Origin: Lama glama
Lineage: Eukaryota
Assembly: GCA_028534125.1 (NCBI GenBank)
Contig: CM052818.1
Span: 19,904,001 to 19,968,000 of the forward strand
DNA length: 64,000 nt
Reading direction: 5' to 3'
Part shown: one piece after another, positions 25,531-38,956 of the stretch
Position numbering within the stretch: the first letter of the stretch is position 1
Layout: every line of letters starts with the position of its first letter
Translations under genes and position numbers: made by a program
The notes under the pieces: model-generated
The model's input: only the letters and a program-made list of their open reading frames with translations
Told to the model about the DNA's origin: nothing
Databases searched by the model: none

Positions 25531-26799
25531 AAAAATTGGAGTAAAACAGAATAAAGTATAAAGAAGTAAATTTCTAAAAGTATTCAGTATCACTACTAGA
25601 GCCAACCACTTTAACATTTTGACAATTTTGTTCTAATTTTTCCTTACACATTATACATATGCATATTTTTCAAAGTTGTAATCATGCCATATATAGTTTT
25701 GATTCCTGTTTTTTCACACTTAACACACCATCAGCCTTTTCATATATCTTTAAATATTTGTTGAAAGCAGTTTTTAATGGCTATGATTATTCTAATACAC
25801 ATCATACAATCATTTAACAAATCTTTTTTATTATGCATTAACGTGTTTACAACTTATCACTATTATAAACGTCTCTGGGAAAAATGTCGTTTTAGATAAA
25901 TCTTTTTGTACACTGAATGAATGTTTCCTTGTCATAAATTCATAGGAATGGATCATCGAAAATTTAAGTGTCTTTGCCAAATTAATCTCCAAATGGATCG
26001 TGTCAGTTTTTACTGATAGGCACATGAAGCATTCACTTCCCTGACTCTTGAGTATCAATTTTGCCAATGTTGTCCAACTTGATAAGTGAAAAAAAGGTTT
26101 TATTTGCATATCTTTGCATATTGTGTGTTCACTGGCTATTAGTTTTTCTTCTTTGTGAGCTCCTGGTCTATGGCTTGTGTCCATTTTTCCACCGAGATCA
26201 CATGGTAAATTAATCCTTCCACAACCTTACTTCTATCTGGATCTCCCACGAGTTAACACAAATCAGACCCGTGGATCTGATGCTGCCTGAGTGCCTCCCT
26301 AAAATCAAGTTCCTGAGTCATGATGGCCCCACTGAGGCCCTGGCTTTCTGGGAAGCTCCAGGCAAGCAGCCTGGCACCTTTATGACACTCCTCACACTTT
26401 ACCTGTTCTTTGCATGTCCCATTTCCTGCTTGCATTTTGGCCAACTGTATACATCTCTTGCCAATGGACACTAAGCTCCTACAGAGGAAGAACCCTAAAT
26501 GATGGATCTTTATGTTCCTCACCTCACTTGGATTTAACACTCATATATATGATGAATAAAAGATACAAGGGTGTGAATGGGGGGGTTGCTATGAAGAGAG
26601 GCAGAGAGAGAACTAGAACACTGAAAGGGTAGAGAGACCAGAACCCACCCCTGCCAGAGGCCGTGGCAAAGACAGCACCAGAAGTGCGTGACCAGCAGAA
26701 CTTCGCTTTCGGCCTCGCAACCCAGACAATGGTTCCCAGGGCCTCAGGCAGGATGTCCGTGAAAGGACGACTGACAAAAAGGAAGAAAAAGGACAGACA

Positions 26800-27142
26800 A
26801 GGATTATTCAGCCACAAAAAGAAATGAAGTAGTGATATCATCTACAACATGGATGAACCTTGAAAACATGATGCTGAATGAAAGAAACCAGACCCAAAGA
26901 CCATATGTTGTATGATTCCATTCATATGAAATGTCCAGAATAGTCAAATCCAGAGACAGAAAGTAGATTAGTGGTTGCTAAGAGCTGGGGGGAGGGGAGA
27001 ATGGAGAGTGACTGTTAATGGATGCTGGGTTTCTTTTGGGGATGATGAGAATGTTCTGGAATTAAATAGTGGTGATGATTGCACAACGTTGTGAATGTAT
27101 AAAATCCACTGAATATGAATTACAGATCAATTATTAAAAAGG
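26800..27142 (+). mobile_element. L1MB-type 3' end
   Basis: acaacatggatgaaccttgaaaacatgatgctgaatgaaagaaaccag...gaaagtagattagtggttgc. Confidence 0.85.
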
Positions 27143-27288
27143 AAAGAGGAGTAAATATATCAAGCAGTCTGGCCCACCAGGGATTTCTGAAGAATTGCTG
27201 TGTTTGTAACACCAACTTGCCTAGACTCCAGTGCTTCCATCGCTGCCCTGTTAGGTCCAGCAGCAGGAGGTCATGGTCCCCCCAGGGT

Positions 27289-27320
27289 AGCAGGCAGCAG
27301 GCAGCAGGCAGCAGGCAGCA
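27289..27320. repeat. Short tandem repeat (AGCAGGC) x about 4.5
   Basis: Read directly from the sequence. Confidence 0.85.
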
Positions 27321-29359
27321 TCCACTCACAATGAGCAAGTCAGCCCATTCACTGCTCCCTCTCAGCCCCTGCCTTTTTTTTTTTCCTGAATAACTTTATT
27401 GTGGTATAATTTCTGTACAGTAAACTACACATATTTCAGATGTACAACTTGATGAATTTTGATAGATGTAAACACCTATGAAACCACCTCCAAAATCGAA
27501 ATACCTAACATTTCCATTGCTTCCCAAGAAGTGCAAATTTCGAACTCCTCTAATTTATCCTTTCCCATCCCCTTTGTCCCCTAATAACCATAGTTTGTTC
27601 TCACCCCCTACTTTTAACAGAGGGTCAGAGGACACTCCAGAGGGACACCTGACATAAAACACACTGAAGGAATCCTATAGATCCAGGCTTGCTGGAGAAC
27701 CGCACACATTCTGGCCGATATTTTATCCAAGTAGACCTGGCAGCCTTTCTGCTAATGGGCTCCATGAGTAAAGACATGAGTTCTACTGTGCGGGATGGTC
27801 AATATATTACAGCAACTACCTATAACCTTAAAGATCTTCAATAATGTCCAGATGGATCAGAACTCCCTTTAAAATGAGCTGATAAGAAAGCCAATATGGC
27901 AGTGTTATAAAGTCATGGGAAAGTTTCTTTCCAGGATCATCTTTCTGCCAGATTCCCCTAAATTCAGCACACATGTTGTGTGAGTTGTGTTAAGCGCTAT
28001 GTGCCACATGCAGTCCCCTCTTGGGGGGCTTACAATCTGGGGGCTGAGTAAAGATTTACCCATGAATAAAACAAAATGCTAGCCTGTAGCCTCTAGACAA
28101 TTTTCTCCATTGAAATTCAAAGAAGGGGTTCAACCTTAAGAGGGCTGGAGTCACAGAGGAGGCGTTCATGGGATGCCTCAGCCTCAGAAGGACTTCTCAC
28201 TTTCTGCAGGCTGAATGAAGACCAGAAGTGCCCTCCTGCTGGACAAAGCCCCTGTCTGAAGAAAGCAGGGACCCCTTTCCCATCCAGCCCCTTCCCTATT
28301 CCCTCCAGAGCCCAGGACGCCATGAGAAACACCTTTACTGTGAGCCCTGAACCAGCTCGCTGGGAAGGACAGCCCTTTGAAAATTAAGCTGGGGTAAACA
28401 GAATCTTAATTGGGCTGGACAACAAGAATGAAATGCTCTCCCTCAGTGGCAGCTCTTAGAGGGGGTGTGCTTTCAGCCAACTCATTTATAATCCCAACCA
28501 TTAGGCCATTTGAAAGAGGATGGTTTTTCTCCTCTAGCATAAGTTTTGGAAAAAAAGAAGAGAGAGCAAGAAAGAAAGAAGAAAGGATGGAAGGAGGAAT
28601 TTAAGAGTGCGGAGGAGGGCAGGAGAATGGAGGACAGGACGCGTACAAGGAAAGCTGTGGTCAGCCAGAGAAGTAATCACTGCCCAGGGGGTGTCTGAGT
28701 AACAGCCCTTCCTCCAACAGCCCCAGTGACCTGCCTGGGGAGTTTTAATGCAAAAGGATGTCACTGCCCATCTGTTGCTTTGGAATTAATTTAGCACAAA
28801 CCAAACCAGCATCGTCTTCAGGGGTAGGCCTGTCACCTTTCAGAGTGCTAACCTCAGCTATGGGGAACAGAGCAGGGCCTGCATCTCAAATCTGTCTGGC
28901 TGCTTAATTTATGGGGGAGAATATGGCTTGGCACTTAGGCATCATCAAGGAATAAATACCCATGGAACCTACTGTGTGCACAGCCCTGGGCATACCAGTG
29001 GAGCCAAGGGCAGCTTAAGAAGTTCTGCTTCCATTTTCTCCTGGTAGTGCCTTGGCTCCATGTCCACTAGGCAAGCCAAGAAGGCAGCACCAGTGGCTGA
29101 ATGATTCAAATCATTCCAACAACTATGATGTGTTCCAACTGTGTGTAAAGAATTAGAGATAAGGGTATGTGGAGGCATGTTTGATTGGGCGGGAGTTAAC
29201 AGATGAATCAGTTGCACTCTGGAGACAGTGTATGAGTAGAGCATATATATATAAGTGTGGGGGGGGAGTGTGTGTGTGTATACAAGTGTGTTGGGGGAGG
29301 GGAGGAGGGAAGGTGGCTTGCTAAGAGGAGATACATTAAGATCACAATTATTCATTAAC

Positions 29360-29505
29360 TTGGTGGCTCTCACATTTAAGCCAGTATCAGAATCACCTGG
29401 AGGGCTTCTGCTTCAGGAGGACTAGGGTGAAGCAAGAGTTAGGATTTCTAACAAGTTCCCAGGAGGTGCGTGTTGGTTCAAGGACCACATCTGAGAACCA
29501 GTGCA
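29360..29505. mobile_element. MER5A-like hAT-Charlie fragment
   Basis: atcagaatcacctggagggctt...tttctaacaagttcccagg...ggaccacatctgagaaccagtg. Confidence 0.75.
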
Positions 29506-32500
29506 GTAATTCAAACCCTTGCTGAGCATCTAGTACATGTGAGAATCCAATCTGAGCACTTTTTCCACCTAAAATCGACCTGGAGAAACTTAGGCAGCTT
29601 AGCTCTTAGGAACAGTTCATCTCCTGGGAAGGACAGAATCCAGCCTCCTCTGAGCTCCCCATGAACAGGCACCCGCTCCCCTCCTCACTTCACCCAATTG
29701 TGAGTTCCCTGGGGGCAGGGCCTGTGCCCGACCTGACTTGTAAGCTCTGTCCCTGGCATAGGTCCCAGCCCAGATCTGGTGCTTGGGGAATGTTTGCTGA
29801 CTGACTGAATGAATGTTTTCATCTAGTCCTGACAGCCAGGGCAGATGCCCGTGCAGAGGTGGTGTCAACGGGATGCTCAGGAAAGCAGGCAACACTAGGA
29901 GCTGGTGGCAGAGGAAGTCTTTGGGTACATATCCAGGGCATCCAGATGGAAGAGGGATAAACAGGTTGAAAATGGCAGTTTTTACTTAAACAAGAAAACT
30001 CGTCAAGAGAGAAAAGAAAAGCCTGGAGCAGCCTCTATGGGATGGAAAAGATACCGATCATTTGCAAGCTGCAGCAGCCCTGCCCAGCAACCCCCCAGCA
30101 CAACAAGCTCATGTCAAGTCAAGGCTGGCAGCAGGAACAGGGGTGAGAAACTCGAAGGGGTAGAGAGGGAGTCCTGCCTCTGCCTCCTGAGGACAGTCAG
30201 CAAACATCCACCGGGCACATCCAGGCCCTCCTTCCCGGGAAGAGGAGACACCTGCATGAGCACCAAGCCCCTTCCGCAGCCTCGCCGGCAGTGCAGTCAC
30301 CTGTGCCACCCAGGGGAGCCCTCTTTTTCAGCAAGAGTGGAGGTGAATGAACAAGTGGACAAAACACCCTTAACTTCCCAGGATAGGGGTGGGGTGGCAG
30401 GTTATTTTTTAGGAGCCATTTCAGCAGCAGCCCCTAGTGTCCCTTCTAGAGACACCATTCCACCAACTCTTCTGTCTAGAAAAGTGATGTGCCCAGAATG
30501 CACTTTTTACATGAAATAGGCAACAACAGAAGATATGTGGGGTAAAGGAGACACAACACCATCAAGCTGATTCACATGAGTAATTTAACATAAAAAACCC
30601 AGGCCTTGGGGATGGGTGGTGTGGCCTTCAGCCTTGGTGTTGCCTTTTACCAGCCGTGTGGTCTCACAAGTCAAAGTGATGCAACCACCACCTGCTTCCT
30701 TTACTCACGGGGCAGGTGAGAGGCCTCATAGCGACACCAAATGCAACACGATTGGCACCCTGCAAAAATGCCACTCAGTGACGAGAGTGTCATGATGAAA
30801 CCCCAGATTCTACCCTGAGTCTGGGCAGGGCTGGCAAGCGTAGGGATTGGGAGGGAGGCGGCTGCTCTACCACCCCTATCAGTCACTTGAAAAGAAACAG
30901 CGACCATAATAAAGGCCCCTTCCCCCACGGTCTGTTCTTTCTCTTAAAATCAACAAGCAACACAGCACCAGATTAATATCTCTCTAATGACTAAGCCATC
31001 AGTTACTGGGTGAAAAACTCCGTAATGTAGTTATCATCCTCACGCCACATGCTGACACTGAGAGCAGGGATCCGAGGTACCCCAAAGAGACACATTTGGG
31101 ACAGTCCATACGTGCAAGCCCCGTGCTGTTCCTCTCCACCCAGAATATCTGCTCTCCATGACCCTCTGCCTGCGTGCTTCATTTAGTCCAATGCATCCCA
31201 AGCTTTCACTTCATGGTTCAGAGAGAAGAGCTCATGTGTTCAGCACACAGTGGAAGGGGTAGAAGGGCCACAGAGTAAATGACTGAGGTTAGACTGCTCA
31301 AGCTGGAAGGGACAACCTGAGCCCAGGGCTGTCCATCCCAGGCCCCATCCAGCTGCCTGGAGGTCAAGAAAATTCCTTATCTGGGAACTGGGAAGCTCTG
31401 ACTTGATTTTATAATCCCCATTTTACAGATAAGGAAACAGAGGTTTTGAGAGGTCAAGCTCCTTGCTGGGAAGTGGACCCCAGCAGTCAGTCCAGTGTGG
31501 GAGCCCACACTGGTAACTAGTCTACTGTACCGCCTCCCATCTCTCCCTGCAAGCCGAAATCTTCCCAAAGCTTGTCCCTACCACCTCCTCTCAACGGGAC
31601 TCAGTTTCACAGGAGGAGCATTCCCCACTGCATAGGTGGATTTTTCTGCCATCTGATACCCACATGCTTCCCCCACAGAAGATGGGAACACAGAGCAGGC
31701 GCTGAATCAGCACCAGCTGAACTGAACTGGTGTGGAGCCCCCAAAGCCGGCCTGGGCCATACCACCAACCAAGTGCCAGGCCACAGAGGACGACAGCACA
31801 CATCATCTTTAACGCTCACAGCAACCCTGCCAGGTGGCTGTTATCTCCCCAGTTCACAGGGAGGGAAGCAGCCGGCTGGCTGATGGGCTTAACAGCAGAG
31901 AGAAGGAGCTGGGATTCAAAGTTGGTCTGGAGAATCCAAAACCGACACTTCTGCTGCCAAGCTGCCTCCTCCTCAAGGGATCTGAGAGTGAGAGGTCTCA
32001 GGAAAGACACAGAGGTCTGCGCCTGAGAGAGTACCGGGGGATGGCCCACTGGTGACCACTAAAAAAGGTTCCAGGTGGGGATAAAAACCAGTGGCCTGCT
32101 ACATACCCCCATGCCTGTTACTCCTTTGAAACTTGGAGACGTCTACTAAATTAACAAAGCTTTTTTCCGAGAAAGGGTTTGTGCCAGAAGCTATTATTTA
32201 ACAGCTATAACCTGAGTCTTTGGTTAACCTTTTAGCAGAAATGTGCTGACAGCCAAATGGGAATCAACTCAATTTAAGAAATATTCATTGTAGGCCTACC
32301 ATGCACCAGGCACTGGGCTACGTGCTGGAAATATGCTGGATAAAAAAGACACGGCCGTCTGTGCTCACAGAGCTCAGAGAGAACAGGGCCAGGCCAGCAG
32401 GCAGTGATCTGGAGAACGGTGCTCGGGGAGCCAAAGGGCTCTGACGACCTGCGTGGCCATCCTGCCGCCCCGAGCAGCCTCCCTGGCTGGGTCGCCCCTC

Positions 32501-35500
32501 GCTTCCTCGTGCAAAGCAGCTGCCTGCCAGAAACTAAAAGAGGAACAGCAAACTGCTGAGGGCAAGGAAAGCTGCTCCTTGACCCAAGCATGCCAAATTA
32601 GGGCAAAACCAAGCCCTTTGAGTGAAAGGAAATTCAGCTGAGGCGCACAAATTTTAAAAACATGTGTGGTCTTCGTCTTTGTCTCTTTGTAACGGCTTCT
32701 TTCTACTCCTCCTGGCAGTACAGCCATTCTGTATCTGAAGCCTCTCTGTAGTAGCAGCTGCTACCAACACATGTGTCATTGCTAGAAACCGATAGCCCCA
32801 TGGAGAGCTGCTATGTTTTGTTTTGCTTTAATACCATTAAGACTCATCTCCCGAAACCCCAAATTCCACAACAAAACCCCAAACACCCAGCTCTCCCTAA
32901 GGCCTCTGACCCATGAGCTTAAAAGCGATGCTTCCCACCTTTTCCACATCCCGCCACACACAGAGGTGACAACATATGCCCTCTACCCTGCCCTCGAGCT
33001 GAGAGGATGGTATCCCAACACACCTGTGACATGGTTCCTGCTACACCTGCTGGGATATTTTAGTTCCCAGAGTTTAAATGTCACCAAACCTCAGAAGAAT
33101 CATGACAGAAGTGGAGAAGCCAGATGGATCAGAGGGCCACATCCCAAACCCACATCAGAGTGCTGAGAGTGGGCACACAAGGCACTCGGTCACCACAAAG
33201 GCTTTGGAGACAACAAAGGATGGCCACATTCCCCACGCAGAGGAGGAAGCCAGTATTCCGTATGACGCGGTGCAGGCTGGAGATATAAATAGCTTCTAAA
33301 AAGGTTAGCAAAATGCACAGATGACAAATCTACAGTAGGTTACTAAGGGAAACCAGGATGCTCAGTGCCAGCATTTCACCTGTTACGGCTGACATCTGGA
33401 AGGAACCCTGCGGCTCCTCCCAAACTCTGTTCCCTGGGCCTCTCAGGGATGGGGCAGCAGGGACCTGGAGCCTGGGTGATGTGAGCAGGCACTTCCTAAG
33501 CCCTACTGATGTTCCCTGCAGGCCCTTCCAAAGTAAGGAAAATCTTTTTGCCTCATCACGTCTAGGTCTGGTTTCCATAAGCCCAATGACTGTCAATTTC
33601 CTTATCTGGGAAAAAGTCTACTTTGGAGGGTTTTGTGACGAGTCTGCCTGAAGGTGGGAGGCGTCTGTGAGTGGCCATACCCTGGGCTTTCCCCTCCCCC
33701 TTTCTGTTATCCTGGGCCCTTGGGTGCTGCCCAAAGAAAACACTGAAGGTGGGGCATTCCAGAAGGCCGGGCATTCCCAGACTGCCCTCCCAGGAGATTC
33801 CCTTTGGGAGGGGAAGTGCTTCCCTGGGCACCCAAAGGGCTCGCGAGGCAGTCCCAGCTGCTGGGCTGTGTCAAGGAATAGAACAGACCTCACTTGTCAC
33901 TGAACCAGCCCCAGGGGACACCTGAGTTAAGGATATTTTTAGCTCTCCTGTACGCATCCTTGAACTTGTGTGTGTTTAAGTTAACAGATATAGCAACAGC
34001 ACACCCAAAAGCACACATATGGACTGCCACACACAGCCAGTGGCTAAATCTGGAACTCTAGGGAACCCAAACTCACCCCCAACACACACCCTCCTGAGTT
34101 GCAGGTATTACGGGACCTGGGATAAACTGGGCATCAGTCCTTCCCTTTTCAGGGTATCAAGTTCTGCCTTCCTGCCAAGGATGAACAGAGCAGCCTGGAG
34201 CCCGTAGCTTGAGAGCAGTTTGCCAGGCAGCTCCCCTTGGCTCATCTGCCAGAGCCAGAGCTCTTCCCACTTCCCCAGAGCTCCAAGCAGTGCAGAGGAT
34301 GAAGGGGAAATCTCACCTCTTCCGCCCCTCTCTGAGCAGACAATGGCCGCTGCAGAGCCTACCCTGGAGCCCTGAAAGCTGAGCCAAAAAGGAGAAGCGC
34401 CAAAAAGCCAGAGAGGCCCTGGGTGGAAGCCAGACCCTCCACCAGGCCTGGGGAGGAGGAAGGCAGCACCCTCAATTTCCACTCTGAAATGCTTGGCAGC
34501 AGAATGCAGGGGATGCTCCTGGGCCACCCAGGGGCTTGGCCAGAGAGGGGGCTTCCCTTTGGCCTAATGCTAGTGTGTTGCGGGTGTTGACGGACATGCC
34601 CCAGGCAGAGCACGTGATGGGGACTAACACTGCCCAACACACTCACATTCGTGTATCTTCCCCTTGTCTCTCTGCCAATAGCAGCAGAGGTTAAGGGGGA
34701 AGTAGCCTGCTCTGGAAGGCAAAAGGTCATCTACTACAGTCATCTCTTGAAGTTCCCCAATATGTTCTTTTATCTCTGAGTTGGGCCATTGTTATCTATG
34801 GCTTTGAACTTGACTGGAGTCCAAGAGGGGACCCAAGAAAAGAGCACAGACTAGAAGTTCCAATCTGGGGGAGGTAGTGCTGTTGCTGGGAGCACCAAGT
34901 GAACGTTTTAAAGAGAAAGCAACCACCCTCCAGTGCTGTGAGCTTCCCCCTCACCCCATCTTACCTCCCAAGGTAGAAGCAGCTGAAAGCTGCATACCCT
35001 ACATGGTTCTCAAATGGTACACTGAACTCTTTTATTTTTCTAGGAGTTTCTCGTACATCACTGGGGATTCACATTCTGGTCAAGAAAGGAAACCATCTGA
35101 CAAAACAGAGCATTTAGAGCAGGAAACACTCGACTGTGTCCATGGGTCCAGTGATGGGGACCATAGGAATTAAGAAGTACAAACCTGGCTCCACACCTCC
35201 GCTGAAAAGGTTCTAGGATCTGGCATCTTACTGGAATTTTTATCAACTTTAGGTATAATGCACTGTCCTCTTCCACCTGTGACCCCCTTCCCCCACAAAA
35301 CTGCCCACAATGGAGCACAATAATTTCTCATAATATTTCTTACACATCTACTGTGAATGAAGAATGGTATCAGCTCCTTTTACATACATTAAACACTTTA
35401 AGCCAACCTACAACATCACGGTATAAATTCTAATTATCCACATTTTTACTTGACCACAAAGAAGGTAACTAGCTTAGCTAGAGTCTATGACTGGTACAGC

Positions 35501-38100
35501 AAAGTGGAGATCTGGGCCCAAGCTTGTTTGGTTTCAAAGCCCAGGCCTTCCTCTGCTGCCCAGCAGGCTTAATATCTTCCCTCTGATACGGAAATGCATG
35601 TGTATGTGTTTCTTTATCATTATTATTACTGTAAGATTAATCTGCTACCATTTAATAGAAGCATGAAGTCTTAATGACCAAGTACAACACAGGAATCTCC
35701 TACATAACACATGAGAAGGCATCTAATTCAGCCACTTCCACCTATGCCGTCAACAGCTGTGGCAGACCCCTACCTTAAATTTATTATTTTGTCTCCCCCA
35801 GGTATTTAACACAGTGCTAGGTACAAAGTGGGTACTCATTTAATCTCATTGGTGATAATGTTGCTAAGATTGCCTGTTAGTAATAAAACTTAAATGCTGA
35901 AAGATGTATTATCACTATCTTTGATCCAAAAGGAGAAATCTTAGACACTGGAGAAACACCAAGGGGACCTAACACATCTCTTAGCCAACAGAGTAGGTGT
36001 CTTAAGCACTGGGTTAAAAACAGTAATATTTGAACCTTACTAGTAGGTTGATCCTACTTGGTATATAGCTTACAATCTCCACTGGAAACAGTAGCTGACT
36101 CTTTGGACCTGTGTTCTCTCCTTTCTAGGGGTGGCAGGTAACTGCCACTCAGAGAATGGCTGTGAGGATTCCAAGTACCATGTCTACAAACAACCCAATC
36201 AACCCAGGTAGCATCTCAGCACCTCCTATGACTTCCTGTGTATATAACCACCTCAAAATGGGGGCAGATTCAGTCCCATGTCCTAATCCCAGCAACACCC
36301 CTCAATAGCTGTGTGACTAGATCAGCAACCTAGCTTCTGTGAGTGTCAGTCACATCATCTGCAAAGATGGAGTATCACCTATCTCACGGGGTTGTTTAGT
36401 GAAGAAAATGATATTTGCATGTGGCTACCCCAGGCCTGATATGGATAAGGAACTCAGTAAATATTATTCAGATGTGAGGGTGCACAGAACAGCTCTGACA
36501 TACACACATCCTGTTGAATAGGGCCCATGGTCAAAAAATGGTCATGGTGACAAGAAAAGGGAAGAGGCAGTAGCAAGAGAAGTTAAAATTAGAGACAACT
36601 CTTAAAAAACCTCTCTTCTTTCAACCAGTAATTTCAACCTGGTGTTTATCAACTGTACTGCTTAAAAGTTGGTTTTATTTGATTGAATGAGTTCTGCCTC
36701 TTGCCCTCCATACTTTCTGGTAATGACAGAAGGAGGAACAACTACAAGGCAGGCAATGAAAAGGAAACCTAGGAACTGGATGTGCTGACCTGGGTCAGTT
36801 TGGTGAAAGGGGGCATCCTCAGGCACCTCGCACGGCCGACAGTTTCCCTACCCTCCAACTCCTCTAATTCACGGTACAGAAACCAGAGGCCACATCAAGG
36901 CACCCCCACAACAAGATATATTTCAGACTCTAACCTGGTTCTACAATTCTGAAACCCAAATCTAGAAGAGCTACAAAGAAACCTCCTCTTTAGTGACCTG
37001 CCTAGTGTGTGTCAGGCTCAGTGCTAAGCATCTAGCATATAATATGTGCACAGGGGAATGGTCTGAATTTTTTCAGCCTCATTTTATAGATAAGGAAACT
37101 GAACTACTGGACATCCCCTAAAGACACTCTCTAAGGCCCTGAGCTGCTCCCATGTCTTCAAGGACTCAAGTTTGGATGACACATGGAAACTTCTGCCCGA
37201 ATTTTCAGGTCTAATCACAGGGCTGGATTCTGCAAAACTTCATTACACACATCATCTTAGGCCCACCGCAAAAGTGGGTCTGGGAAGAGGGTGGAGCTGG
37301 GACAGAGACAGAGAGGAGACCTTCATCCTTTAGAAGCCACCTGTAATTTGCAAATAACGGTCAGAGACTGAAAGGACGAGGGTGCATTTTCTTTCTGAAC
37401 AATAATCTCTACCAAAGAAAACCCAGACAAAGTCATCTAGCCTTCCTAGGGAACAAAAACAACAACAAAAGCTCTTCCTCCAAGATTCACACTGAACTCC
37501 TAACCCTTCCTTCCCCTCCCTGCCCCAGGGAGTGGCTGGATGGTTGTTGTTTCTTTTTTCTTTTCCCTGTGGTCCTCTGGTAACACCACAAATTACGTTT
37601 TCAGGGACTCGAGTCCCAGAGTGCAATGATGTTGTAATAAACATAACCAGGACCAAATGCCTTCCCATCATATTAGATGATGCCATTTCCCACCAATCAG
37701 GCTCCTCGGGCAGGCAGACCACTCACCAATGAGAGACCAGACAAAGGCTGTGAGGGGAGACCTGGTCATCTGCAACTAAAAATAAGGGCGCTTCAGGATT
37801 GGCCGCTGCCACTTTGCAACAGGAGTTGGGACCCACACAACAGGCACCAGACCAAAAGCACATACAGGCAAAAACTTTCAGCCCAGGGGTTCACATGCGG
37901 TGGGCTGGTCTGGGTTTGTTGCTGAGGTTTTTTCCTCCCTTTCCCTAATTTAGTGACTTGAAAAAATAACTACTTGATCCAGAGGGGCCCCTCGCAGACA
38001 CACCCACCCTCCTAGACACCTCAGTTTTCAAAGGCCCTTCGCAGTCACCCTAAATTGGGGAAAGGAAGGGGGGGTGTCGGCCAGCGGCTAAGACACTCAC

Positions 38101-38159
38101 CTGTCCGGCTGTGTCATAGAGTCCCAGGAGGTACTGCTTGCCCCCTACGGTGACGCTGA
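38101..38159 (-). CDS. RHOQ: RHOQ coding exon 2
   Basis: 59 nt between acceptor ttgcag| and donor CAG|GTGAGT; encodes (V)SVTVGGKQYLLGLYDTAGQ with the DTAGQ G3 box; phase fits exon 1. Confidence 0.97.
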
Positions 38160-38710
38160 CTGCAAGGGCAGAAGTGGGGGCGGGGAAAGAAGCTCACAAT
38201 TATCCAGGCTCTGAGGTAATTTCACTCCCCACCAGGACCCTCCTCTCCCAACCCAGCTGGAGGCAGGCGGGCGCTCCCCAGGAGATGCCACCCCTTCTCC
38301 CTTGTGCCTGGCTCACTGTGAAGTGGCGTGAGGCCTGGGTGCGATGTGGCCCCCAGCTGCCCATTCCCTTTTCCCAAATCCCGTAGCCACGTCTTGCCCC
38401 CCGGGGCTTGGGGGAGTAGGGAAGGTGGCTGTAAGAAGGTCAAGGAGGTCGGCCCCGGGCGCCGAGGGGGTTGGGAAGTGCGGGGCGCGGGACCCGGCAC
38501 CCGGGTAGGGGCTGGTAAGAGGGGTCGGTGGGGCTGGCGAAGGGGCTGCCAGAGCCGAAGCCTGGGGGTGGGGCCGGGCGCCCGGCCGAGGGCGCGGCGG
38601 GGGAGGGGTGGGGAGCGCGCGTAGGGGAGGCGGCGAGGGGGCTCAGCCAAAGTTCCTCCAAAGTTCCCGGCCCGGGGAGCAGCCCCTTAGTCAGCACTTC
38701 CGAGGCTTAC

Positions 38711-38852
38711 CTGCGTAGTGGTCGAAGACGGTGGGCACGTACTCCTCCGGGAAGGCGTCGTTGGCATAGCTCATGAGTAGGCACGTCTTGCCCACCGCCC
38801 CGTCGCCGACCACCACGCACTTGAGCATCAGCGCGCCGGGCCCGTGAGCCAT
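38711..38852 (-). CDS. RHOQ: RHOQ (TC10) Rho-family GTPase, coding exon 1
   Basis: Reverse complement reads ATG GCT CAC GGG... = [47 protein letters not shown] (P-loop GDGAVGKT, effector loop YVPTVFD). 142 nt, good Kozak context (gcagcATGG), followed by donor CAG|GTAAGC. Not in the ORF track; translated by hand. Confidence 0.97.
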
Positions 38853-38935
38853 GCTGCGGCCGGCCGGCCTCCGGGCATGGTCCCCCCGGAGCCCCCGCCC
38901 CGGCCCCGGGCTCAGCCCCAGCCCGCCTGGGGGGT

Positions 38936-38956
38936 CCGCCGCCGCCGCCGCCGCCG
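38936..38956. repeat. (CCG)7/(CGG)7 trinucleotide repeat upstream of the RHOQ start codon
   Basis: Seven consecutive CCG units read directly. Confidence 0.95.

Noticed and set aside
29905..30519. 204-aa plus-strand ORF in RHOQ intron 2
   Set aside because: GTG start, no recognisable protein family and no clear gene structure; most likely a chance ORF.
38560..38640. G-run cluster able to form a G-quadruplex in RHOQ intron 1
   Set aside because: Common in CpG-island first introns; nothing sets this one apart.
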